Program-made: the position numbers and the translations under genes
Source: Antedon mediterranea
Taxonomy: Eukaryota > Animalia > Echinodermata
DNA length: 64,000 nucleotides
Direction of reading: 5' to 3'
Assembly (NCBI RefSeq): GCF_964355755.1
Contig: NC_092676.1
Span: 29,406,871 to 29,470,870 of the forward strand
Notes under the pieces: generated by a model
Database searches by the model: none
What the model was told of the DNA's origin: nothing
What the model saw: only the letters and a program-made list of their open reading frames with translations
Shown here: positions 25,401 to 38,500 of the stretch, in pieces
Numbering within the stretch: position 1 is the stretch's first letter
Layout of the letters: every line of letters starts with the position of its first letter

Positions 25401-28400
25401 GCAGGGGCGGTCGCTGAAAGGCAGACGTTCATCGTCAAAGGAGAGCGTGAATGTTGGAGAAGCTGTGATCCTACCTGTAGAAACACCTTCCAGGCCTTCA
25501 ACACGTAACAGTTCAAGTACAAGCTCTAGATTTGGTGCTACATCGTCAACTTATGATGAATCAACTGCTAGTGTTACAGGTAATATAGGTTAACAAGTTC
25601 CCCTTTTACCTTGTTTATTTGTTATTCATTATTTACATAGTTAAAGAAAAGGATTCTACACATTTTACAGACTATTGTTTCTTTGTGTTTGATCAAATAA
25701 ATAATTTTCTTTCAAAAAGACATTTATTTTCCTTCATAGCAATACAAAATAAAATACAGAAATGATAAGGTTTAAATAAAAACTTGATTCTAGTGAGTTG
25801 AGATTCTTCACAAATTCAAGAAAATTTACACAAAATTGTTAAAAATTTAAAAATAGATCTGTAATTAGCATGAAAGAATACATATATTTAGGAGGACTTA
25901 GCAATAAACTTTCAAAAGGCAGACACCGATATCAAATTATTTTTGCCTATATTTTGACATGACATTACTTGCCACATTATTATATACCGCAGAATCAACT
26001 TATCGTAGTACTCCACGGGATGGCGCTGTAAACCACGCAACAAATGGTAGCTCCAGTTATGAACATGAGAGCAGGCTAGGCCTAGTGTCACGCTCTCTAG
26101 GCTCAGCAGCTTTCCCTGATGAAGACTCAGAAGAAGGGGTGTTTCATCATGAGGTGCTCATGGCTATCCAGAGGTGGATTACTCTGCATGGATGGACTGG
26201 AGGACCTTGTCCAGCCTCTGTCCCAGATACTTTGAGAAGGTACTTATACAATTACTGCTATAGTCAACTCTCCTAATACCGGACTCTTTGAAAACTGGAA
26301 ACTCTAATGAAACCAGACTTCTTGAAGACCAAAATGTTCCAAATTCCTTTTTACCATTAAAAGCACATTCCGAATACCAGACTTTCCTGAAAACCATACA
26401 TATTTGGCCAGCCCAAGGGTGTCGGGTATTGGAATACTACTAATTAACAGTAGTTGTCTCTACTACATCAGTTCTAGTACATGAGTGAAGCATATTTTAT
26501 TTAACAATCAATGTGTGTTACATGCTTTCATTTTTCTTTTATAGTGGCATGTCTAAGAACCCAGTCAACGATACTGTTCGTGATAAATCAGTCCAAGGAA
26601 ATCCAGCCACCAACAACCAGAAGAAAAAGTTTGCCAAAACCATCTTTGACATGATCGCTCATTTGAGTGGTAGATCTATTCCAGGTATCCCGATTGACCA
26701 TGCACTTCCAAGTGACCCAACTGAGAGGGCACTGCAACTACATTGGATGTACTCAACATTGCTGACATTCTTAAGGTGGGTATGCTTCAAATGAATTACA
26801 ATTTTATTTTAATTGCCATTAACTAACATTGGTTGCATGTAATGAACCTGACCAATGGTCTTTGATACATGCATGGTACCAAAGACTATGATACAGAAAC
26901 TGTCGTGGTGTGGTCATAGCCTATGTAACCTTTCCAATTTCAAAATGTTGTATTCTCAGAAATGCATAGAAAGATGCAAACATTTAAACTTATTTTACTT
27001 TGGATTTATACAGGGGATTTCTACTTATAATCTGTGCTTCAGAGATTCCTCCTTTCCATTCATTTGTTTTGTAATGATTATTTATGTATGTTTATGATTT
27101 TTGTGAATGGAAATAAAGAAACAAACATACATATTCAACGATTTATATATGACAGGAGTCAAGGTGCATCTGTAGCTAGCATCAAACCCGAGTACTTATT
27201 TGAGCCAGACGATTATCAGAGATACATGATGATACAACAGAAGCTGCAAGAGAAGGTTGAAGGCAAGTCCCAGGTGTCACCTCTCCAGGCACTCAGAGTA
27301 GACACTACCCTGGATGAGGGCCTCTTTGAATCTGTATCTAAGAGAGCCTGGACAGATCTACTGCTTCAGTCAATCAAGGTAAATATTATTTTTATTGTAT
27401 TATTAGAATAGTTTTTATATTTTTCTAGTTTTGGCTCTGTCTACACTATCAAACTTTATGTGAAAAAAACTTATGTGATCTACCATATTTAGGTATATCA
27501 CTGCCATATTTGGCCACATCACATTTTATTTGTCAAAATTGTTTGATAGTGTAGACAGAGCTTTAAAATATAACTAATCTAGGAAAGTAGGATAAAATAA
27601 TAAATGTTCCTTCATACCTTTCGTTTAATAATGTTTTTTTATCATTTTCATTTTTACTCAAACTGCACGTAACGTATATCATTTGTTTTCACATCATCTT
27701 TTCTATAAATATCTTTATTCCATTTTATTATTAAAGCACACTTGTTTGCAACTAATGGTGATTACAATGTATTGGTGAAATATTGTGTTCATTTCTTATT
27801 TACTATACTCAAGTGATTAGGTACCTGGTAATGAATAAGTTTGCAAATAGCATTGTGAACAGAGTAGTTTAGCTAATCAAATAGGTTTCCTCTAGTTATA
27901 GGCTTTTATCTCTACAGTATACTAGTTTGGTGTTTTTGTTTGGAACTTTTAAAATTCTTAGTCTTCATACTTTATCAAGGCATTTCCTCATTTTATTCAA
28001 TATTCTTCTCTCTATACGTCTATTTATGCATATTTTTCTCTAGATTAGCATTACTTCTCTTTTACTCTTTATCAAATGCACTTTTTTATACCGTACATTA
28101 TTGCAACTCTTGACTATAATTACGTTTTCTTTATTCTTTATAATCTACAGGCTGATACATCTTGCTTTGTTTTCATATTATATTTATTCCATCTTTTTAA
28201 TGTATTTACATTTAATTGTTTCAATGACTGTGATGATTGCAATTATCTTTAACTCATTCCATCTAGTTGTGATTATAATATTCTTTTTAATGTATTTACA
28301 TCTATACATTTAATTGTTTCAATGACTGTGATAATTGCAATTATCTTTAACTCATTCCATCTAGTTGTGATTATAATATTCTTTTTAATGTATTTACATC

Positions 28401-31400
28401 TATACATTTAATTGTTTCAATGACTGTGATGATTGCAATTATCTTTAACTCATTCCATCTAGTTGTGATTATAATATTCTTTTTAATGTATTTACATCTA
28501 TACAGTTAATTGTTTCAATGACTGTAATGATTGCAATTATCTTTAACTCATTCCATCTAGTTGTGATTATAATATTCTTTTTAATGTATTTACATCTATA
28601 CAGTTAATTGTTTCAATGACTGTGATGATTGCAATTATCTTTAACTCATTCCATCTAGTTGTGATTATAATATCCTTTAAATTTAATGTTTTGTATTGTA
28701 CAAAATTGTATTGTGAAAAAAACTATATTCTTTTGTATTTAAAGTTGTATTAGTATATAAGTCTAGTATTGTCTTATTTTCTAACAACTTGTACAAGATA
28801 AAGTATATAGTGAGAATGTTACACATCCAACATTTAAATTTTTAGAAATTAATTTGCCTACATTACAAAATTTTTTCCTTTTAGGTTCTTGTTTTGTCCA
28901 GAGTTACACCCAGGAGCGTAAAGACGCATGCTACCCCAGGAGGTCAAACACTGCCCTCTATCAATGCAGATCCGCAATCAAGTAATATTTATGGAGTTGG
29001 GGAAAGAATTCTACTTGCCTGGCTGAATCATTACTATGAACAGCAACGGCATTCTATATGGGTCGAATGCAATAAAGGTAAATAAAATACTGTTGAAATA
29101 ATAGATTTGGTTAACCAAGACAAACAGGACACTGAGCTTGCCTTGCCAAGATAGGAACTCGTTAAAAGTCCTTTGATCAAATGTGTGGCTGCGACAAATA
29201 CCAACTAGGTAGGTACTATACTGTACTATGTACATATTCTCCGCAGCACGCAGTGCCTGTTAAGAGGCATGGAACTGATCGTGTCGCAGCCACAGATAAA
29301 CACTTTGATCTTCAGAGCACAGTATCCTGTTGTTAGTTTGCCTTGGGTTAACCCTTTAAGTGACCAATTGAAATTATTATTATTTAAAATATTCAATTTC
29401 TTTAATGCCATAAAGGTTTTTAAATTAAGCTTGTTTTAACACAGCATATTAGTACAAAAAATAAACTGGGAAAACCTAGAGATTTCTTTATGAAAAGTAG
29501 AAAACTTTCCAGATATCTGAATCTACTGACCTACTGTAATAGAGTGGCTGTGCTTTATCTTTGTTTTTTTTGTATGTACTATATGTTACTCTTCTCTTCA
29601 ATAGAAGCACAGTACCTTGTTTTTCATCGCCCAACAGGTAACATTAAGCACAATAAGTTGAACATTAAAGCACTATCAATTGAACATTATGCATGATCAG
29701 TTGAACATTATGCACGATCAATTAAACATTATACATGATCAGTTAAACATTAAAGCATGATCAGTTGAACATTATGCATGCTCAGTTGAAAATTATGCAT
29801 GATGAGTTGAACATTATGCATGATGAGTTTATTTTATCCCTCATGACCATATTAACCCATGTGTATGTGTGTATTGAATGTTGTCCTAATGAAAACTAAT
29901 GTTAAAGTTTTGAATTATTAATTGGAATTGCATTCTGAGGTCAGTAAATAATCCCAAAACTTGGAGAATACTGGGTAATCTTTTCGGATACGGACATGAC
30001 CCACCATCTTGAAGAAATGGAAGAACAGCATCCATCTGACATAACTGCTTCCTTCAAAACACCTCATTCATTCCAGATAATAAATAATATTTAACAACAT
30101 GGCATCCATAAAGGTAAACAACACAGCCTGAGCTAACAGTATTTCAGTTAAATATAAATCTGTTTCAACCATGCTCTACAATAACCTGCTCTGTCTTTAT
30201 TGCATGAATGTTTTGTGATTTTATTTATGTGTTAAAATATGTCATCATAAATCAACATTAATGGTAACATTTAGACATTTTCTTTATACTGAAATGATTA
30301 AAGTGTGGACAGATAAATCATGCTTTTAATTTTCAAACGTAATTCATCTAATTAAATTTAACGACCTATAACTTAATTAGAAACCGATGAGCTTGACAAA
30401 TATATTTGTTATTTTTAGTATAACATAAAAATGATTGCGTATTTTGTTGATTTGAAGTGTAACAATAACAATCTTGTTTTGATGTGAAGGTATTGTTTTT
30501 TTTTTGTGAAATAAGGCTGTGTTCTAATTTGTGTGCTTAATATTGATCAATATTGATTAAGAATTTCAGAAACAAAAACAACTTTTGCATCCTAAATATA
30601 TCACCAGAGTTTACTTCTAAAAATAAATTATTAATTAAAAAACTCTAAATCCCCAGATGAGGACAGTATTGCAGAATAGAAACCTTAGGATGGTGCCATT
30701 TTTCGCACCAGCCATTCCATATTCTTTTATAAAGATTCTTACGAAAGATTTTCACTGTGTTTTTGTTTAATTTCAGGAGGCGTTCCACCGTCCAGATGGG
30801 TAGTGAACTTTGACTATGACCTTTTGGATGGCTTAGTATTGGCTGCACTACTCGCAGCTTACGTTCCATTTCTGGTATGATTCGACAACTATTTTCTTCT
30901 TTGTTTCCTAATTAAACTTAAATGTTCAATTTTTCATATGCCAGGTCTTATTGAGCTTTCATTAAACAAAAAAACACTGAAGAAACAAAATAGAAAAGTG
31001 TTTTTACAAGTTGAAATCATAAGGATTTAATATATTTAATTCCTTTTAATTGTTATTATTTTTAACGGCTCAGATTTAAATTGTATTTCATCTTTAAGGT
31101 AACGACACATCTACGTGATATGTACACACACCCTGCTACAGCTGAGCAGTGCTTACACAACGCACTTAAAGTTGTCAACGCTTTTAAGAGCATTGGTCTT
31201 GATTATGATATACAGGTATGTCTACCTTCTCACTGCAATAAACATGAACTATTTTTTACTTGAACACTTTGGTTAATGACTTAGTTGGAAAATAATGTGA
31301 AGAAGAGCTGTAAAGCCCTTGGCAGTGTTGAAGATAATTTAGTGACATGCTTAACTACCTCTGGCTTATTACTCTACTTAAAATTGTTGAACTCAACTTA

Positions 31401-34400
31401 ACTACTTTACATAAAGGTTATAGTTATTGGGGCAATCTATTTAATGTTTGCCTGGAGATTGTGTTTGCCAATAATGATTATTTTTCAATAATAGACAACT
31501 TGTATGTTGAGGTATTGGAATGATGTATGTATTTGCAACCTCAAGGAAATACTTGTTTATACAACATTGATTTTAATGTACTTTTATCTTTTGTAATCTC
31601 TTATTTTTTACATTATTAAAATATTAATCCCAGGCTATGATCCTAATCTCAGGCTATGATCCTAAATTAATATCATTATATCTTTGTGTCCATTGATACA
31701 GATGTTTACCGGAACTTGTTTATTTCACATTTTAGCTAAAGATATAATTGATCTAATCCGATATCTTGATCTCCAGGTCATAGATATAACTGATCTTAAT
31801 CCAATATCTTGATCCCCAAGTCATAGATATAACTGATCCTAATTCAATACCTTGATCCCCATGTCATAGATATAATTGATCCTAATCCAATATTTTGATC
31901 CCCAGGCTAAAGATATAACTGATCCTAATCCAATAGGTTTATCCCCATGCTATAGATATAACTGATCCTAATCCATATATTGATCCCCAGGCTATAGATA
32001 TAACTGATCCTAATCCAATATCATTGATGCTGCTATGTGTTCATTTATACCAACGTCTGCCACAATATTTACCAAAAAGCTCTGTGGATTTTCTAGGATC
32101 CCTTCATGCAACTGTCACTCGGCAGGTAAGATGAAACAAATCAAACAATTATTTTTGATAGTCATAGCTCAAAAAGATTCCAAAAAGAAAAAAGAACTTT
32201 CTGTTTGGTCAGTTGGAGTGTCATTTTTTTTTTTTTTTTAATATGAAAAAATGCTGTAATAAAAGAAAAAAAAGCTGCACACTTAATGTTTTAAATCAGT
32301 AAATGATACAAAGTAAGCTGCACACTTAATGTTTTAAATCAGTAAATGATACATTGTCTAACTTTCCTTCCTGAAGTTTCTTGATTTTAGCTTTTGTACT
32401 TTTTTATTTTTTTACGTTTTTATCCTATATGGCGTGATGTGTGTTATGTACTGTAAGCATTGTTATTTATGGTACTATAAAGCTTTATTCTCTGTCTGCC
32501 TATCTCATTTAAATTGATGCAGTAATCTTCTACAACACAAGATTTATGTTGTTAAAGCAATTAAGGAACGTAATGAAATGATTAAACAAAAATAAACAAA
32601 CTAGTTAGAACATTTAATTAAAAAACAAGTATATTCTTGTCAAGTATAGTCAAATAAACATTTATTTCTTTCATTTTAAAATTAAAATTAATACATTATT
32701 ATTATTATTTTTGCTTGATTTCCTTTAGGTTCGGTTAACTAATCCAAGTAAGAAGCCGTTGATCTATCATTCATTCATTTCTGGACGGGATGCGAAAGAC
32801 TTCCGACTACCACACGTTAAACAGATTACAGTTGCACCAAAAAGTAACTATGATCTAGTGGTGGAGTTTACTAGCAGGTTTCTTAGACCAGCAGAGGGAG
32901 TGTTGGTACTAGTTGGAAGAAGGCTTGGATCAGCTTGTGGTACAACATTGGTGTTCAATTTGAGGACTTCAATTGATAATATTACCCCCTCTGTGAGTCA
33001 TGTCATATATTATTTATTTTGCCAAATACAATACAAAGTAAGACATAAAACAGTACCAAAGTTAATGAATGAGGCAGGATCACCTAAAAGTTAGAAATAA
33101 AAATAACCATCGAGATGCCTCCACATAGAAATACTTGTACTTATAACATGAATTCCTGAAGAGTCAGTTAATTTTGTATTTTGTTTTAGCATTATGCAGA
33201 TGCCCAGTATGTTTTGTGTAATTTTCTATGCCTTGGTTTTTATAAATACTATTACGTTTTGCAGGCTACCATTAAGTGTGAATCCCCTTGTTATGAACTC
33301 AATAAAGTGGAAATCGACGTTATCAACCCATTCGATGAAGATTGTGAGTTCCGGATGGTTCTGGTTGAAGCAAACGACACATTCCCGTCGATGCCGTCTG
33401 CGAGTAAAACTACCGGTTTGATGAAAACAAAGACCGATAAAACCAAACCCAAAAAAGTGCGCTCACGGGTTGATCATGGACAGAGAGTAGAGCAAACAAC
33501 ATTGCCAACAGTAGAGGATATACAAAGTGAGAAAGACAAGAAAGAAAGTATGTTATTATTATTGATTAGTTGCACATTCCTGTTTAGTTTTGTTATTTAT
33601 ATCTTTAGGCAAATTGCCAAGGATGGCTATAAACAAAATCATTCACTATCCTTCTTAATAACAACAATAACAACATGCTCTTCATAAACAAAGTCTTATT
33701 ACACGTCTTTGGGAGTGGATTTGTAAATTGTCATAATAGAAAAAGTCCTGATTTGAGCCCAGGACCCTTGGCTTGGTAGTCATGCACCACCTAAGCTACA
33801 ACTCCACTCCACTTAACACCCTTGACTTGGTAGTCACGCACCACCTAAGCTACAACTCCACTCCACTTAACACCCTTGACTTGGTAGTCACGCACCACCT
33901 AAGCTACAACTCCACTCCACTTAACACCCTTGACTTGGTAGTCACGCACCACCTAAGCTACAACTCCACTCCACTTAACACCCTTGACTTGGTAGTCACG
34001 CACCACCTAAGCTACAACTCCACTCCACTTAACACCCTTGACTTGGTAGTCACGCACCACCTAAGCTACAACTCCACTCCACTTAACACCCTTGACTTGG
34101 TAGTCACGCACCACCTAAGCTACAACTCCACTCCACTTAACACCCTTGACTTGGTAGTCACACACCACCTAAGCTACAACTCCACTCCACTTAACACCCT
34201 TGACTTGGTAGTCACGCACCACCTAAGCTACAACTCCACTCCACTTAACACCCTTGACTTGGTAGTCACGCACCACCTAAGCTACAACTCCACTCCACTT
34301 AACACCCTTGACTTGGTAGTCACGCACCACCTAAGCTACAACTCCACTCCACTTAACACCCTTAACTTGGTAGTCACACACCACCTAAGCTACAACTCCA

Positions 34401-37400
34401 CTCCACTTAACTATTCTTTTTTCCTATTTAGCAGATACCAATGGCCTGGTAAGCGCATTCTTCTGTTCTCAGAAAATGGTTCACATTGAAGCTAATGGTA
34501 CCACGTCAGTTCAAATTGATTTCTTGCCGTTCAACGTCGGCAAGCGCCAGTGCTCTGTCCTGTTCATCAACGAGAAGGTTGGAGAGTTTCTGTACTCTAT
34601 CGAGGCCACGGCACTTCTACCACTACCATCGTGTTTACCGTTTACGCCAAGTAAACATAGCGTTAGAGTAAGCAGTGCCGCTGCTGCAGGTTGGTATGAT
34701 GTGTCAAAAGGGGTCGGGTCAACCAATTACTTAGTATTAATCTAATGTTTTGTTTGTAATCACTAAGTTTGAGTTTGAAGAATACAGTCCACAATAATAA
34801 TAGTCTATAATTCCCCATGGAATTTTTCAATTCAACTTCAATTTATTGTAGATACATAATAACAAAAATCAGAGTTGTAAATGACAATTGTAGCCCATCA
34901 ACTTTGATAACATTATATATCTGAGATTGAACAACAACAACAAAGTCATTTTTAATTCTCGCAATGTTACCCATTTTGATTTATTAGGCACCGGGAGAGG
35001 TCTCTATGGCGGTGATGATCGAGTTATCTATTGGCGTTGTGACTGCAACCAAGTCCTCAAAGAGGATCTCGCCATTCCACTGACAAACTCGGCCTATGAA
35101 CAAGCGCTGGTCATAGCGGCCCAGCAGCGTATGAACACCACAGAAATCAAGCGGCGGCAAAAGACTGGCACGTTAGCTGCTGCAACCGTCACGGCCGCTA
35201 TTGCAGCTTTGGGATTGTCAGACAGCAAGATCATTCCTGAACAGTCACTGGTGATGTCTGGCAAAATGCAGCCAGAGTCAAAAACATTTGTCGTTGAAAC
35301 AAGCTCAAAGTATTTTTCTGCTCCGTCTACCATTACAATGCCGTCACCATTAGAGGTCAAGGCTCGGTCAGCACAAGAGATCATGAGAAATGGGCAAGTT
35401 GCCAAAAGGTCATCAGTGGGACTGATTGGAACAAAAGGTTAGAGTTGTGTCATATTCATTTGAGACCATACTTTGTATTGACTTGTATTATTGGAAGAGG
35501 TGTTGATTTGTTGACCTTCTCTAGTTCACTTTTTTCACATTCACACATACCTGAAATAAAAATCATACAAATATGGAATGAAATGTTTCTTTTAGGTGTA
35601 ATTCTTGATGAGGGAAGTGTACGTTTACCTGTCAAGTTTATTCCCAAAGATCCCGGACACTACCCTTGTCAGTTGGTGCTTCGATCGTCCAATGACATTA
35701 GAGTTTACCATTTGGAGTGTACGGTCAGCGCTGAGGGCACAGCCGCTCAGATTGAGTTCACTGCTCCTGTTCATCAGTCAATTACGCAGGATATTCCAAT
35801 TGTAAGACTTCTTGTTCAGTTTATGCTATAAAAATACAACTAGAAGTTTTAGATGAACCTTTTCACCAAGAAATTTATAAATAAAAATATGTCCGGTTTT
35901 TCCGGAAAGTCTGGTATTCGGAATGGGTTTTTGAAAAAATGAATTTGAGTGGCTTTAGAGTTTTCAGTTTTCAAAGAGGTGACTGTGTTTTGATAGCAAA
36001 AATACTTTACTTTATACTTTCTTATTACTGTAGATTAACCAAACTAATTTTGACTGGCCGTTGAATGCCTGTGTTGAGGGCGTTGGTTTCTTTGGCCCGC
36101 CCTTCATCCTAGCAAAAGCGATGCAGACAACGTTATACCCGCTTATGTTTAGACCATCTTTTGAATCAGTAATTGAGGTAATTTGATTAATTTACTATTA
36201 TTAATACTATATACTAATATAATATTTTACAATTCACTTTTATTAATCCAAAGGCAAAATGACAACGCTGTGCGTATCAGTGGTTGGAGGCGGCACTCAA
36301 TGAAGATACAAAATAAAATAAGCAAAAAGCTAAATCAAAATGTTCCTCAGTTTAATTTTATTAAGATTTTATAAAAACAAATGATCATTATTTTAAAACA
36401 TTGCAAACAACACCTTTGTATGAACTTTTGAAAACTAAACTAAATGACGTTGATAGTTAAAAGTTTAATGTAAATGTGTCATTCATATTTATGACAACCT
36501 TTGGTGAGATTGTGTTTATCATCTTTGAATGTCAAACATCCCTTTATCTGAAAATGTCAAGAAACAACCCGTAGGTTGTCTAGTAAGAAACAACCCGTAG
36601 GTTGTCTAGTATTTATGATTCCCTGTTCAACATGTCATAAGTTTGCTGTTGGGTTCAATTGATTATTGGAATGGGATGATACAGTTTATTGATTATTGGA
36701 ATGGGATGATACAGTTTATTGATTATTGGAATGGGATGATACAGTTTATTGATTATTGGAATGGGATGATACAGTTTTTAAAGGAATATTTTAAAGTAAT
36801 CAAGAAAATGTATTTAATTAATGTGTTCAATTACAGTATTTTAATTATGACTTTAGAATAATGTTTATTATATAAATTATATAATTTATATAATAATGAT
36901 GAAGGGCTAGTGTTGCCCCAAAGCTCTGCTAACTTTTCTGGCTGTTTTACTTTATCGTTTTGATTTAGCTTTTAGCTTTTTCATGTATCTCCATTGAGAT
37001 CTAGCCACTGATACACACAGCATTGTCATTTTTCAGTAATTTGCCTTTGGATTTATATAAATTATTTTTTTTGTCTTGTGTGAGTTCATCTCACGTTTAT
37101 TTAAATTCTCATTGGTGAATATATTATATACGTATAAGTACATATGTGACAATTAAAAGTAAGTGGATTTATATAAATTATAGTATACACATGGTGAGAA
37201 TATTTCATGAGTTAAAAAATAGAGCAGTCAATTTTTATGCTATTCAGAATTAGCCCTACCCAATACTGAATGACATATGTGATGCATAATTAACCAATCA
37301 AAATATTGGAAGAAAATATCTTTGGAAGGTGGTTCATGTATTTTGAATTGAAATATAGTGAAAGGATGTGTATATAACTTAAAATATTATTACATTTTGT

Positions 37401-38458
37401 TTAAAATGCTAGCCTTTATGTCATGGCTCCAGAATATCATTTGCACACACTTTCATGGTGAGATATAAAAATGGACATTTTTGATGCACCTCAATTGTCA
37501 CCTAACACAATAAAAATGTCACTTAACATGAAAGCACAATAGTCAAACACAAGTGTTTTAAAGCAATATTTATGAATGCACTAAGCAGACTTGTGTTGGC
37601 TTGATGGTTTTTTCCCTCGGCCGTCGTTTTAATGTTGACGCACATGGAGACGTACATGTACTTTACTATATGCACTAATTGAATATAGTGCCGTGAAAAT
37701 AGTGTTTTGACTCTTTATTGTGTGTTATCCAACTTGTCAAATGTGTGAAAATAATTATTATATAATACATCTGATGTTTTTTTAGTACAAATGATTACAT
37801 TAGCCTGATTGTGTCATCAAATTGTAATGTATCGAGGCACAATCTCTATTAGGCTTTTACATTTAATGCTTGTTACATTGTTTTTACATCCATAGGGTAA
37901 ACTTATATTATGTAACACTGAAGATGGAACAGAACATTATTTTAAGTTGAAGGGTGAAGGGCAGAAACCACTGGCCCTCGATCACATCACAGTTGAATGT
38001 GAAGCGAGATCAAAGTAAGTTTAAAGTTCTGTCTACACTATCAAAAATATGATGTGCCCATATATGGACACGAAGACATCATATCACTACCATATTTGGG
38101 CACATCACACATTTTTGTCAAACTAGTTTGATAGTTTAGACAGAGCTTAAGAACAGTAGAAAATGCAGTAGAACCTCTATATAAGGACAAATTCTTTATT
38201 TTATTTTGTATTTAATCTGTATAAAAAGAAATACAACTCGGGACTAAACAAAGTAAGAGGTGTTTGTTATAGGTTGGTCGTAGTTTTAGTACAATATGGA
38301 CACTTTCGGGATACTTTTGACACCAAATAAAGTATCACCCTAATAGGAATGTCTTCTAAAGACAGTGTTAAAACATAAATTACTTGTTTTTGGGAAAGGT
38401 GTATTGTCCCAAATAGGGGACTACTGTAAATTAATTGGATATAGAAAGAGAAAACTAA

Positions 38459-38500
<42 letters not shown>

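Noticed and set aside
29918-30070. Short minus-strand ORF (MRCFEGSSYVRWMLFFHFFKMVGHVRIRKDYPVFSKFWDYLL) in CFAP47 intron 28
   Set aside because: About 49 codons, no recognisable family and no clear splice partners. A tBLASTx search would be needed.
33773-34489. 238-aa His-rich repetitive ORF
   Set aside because: It is the translation of the SINE-derived 54-bp array and is out of frame with exon 34.
35094-35405. Antisense ORFs over CFAP47 and CCDC81 exons (also 717-995, 4069-4323, 34511-34726, 42815-43054)
   Set aside because: Shadow frames of real coding exons.
38459-38500. (AAT)n microsatellite
   Set aside because: Ordinary simple repeat.
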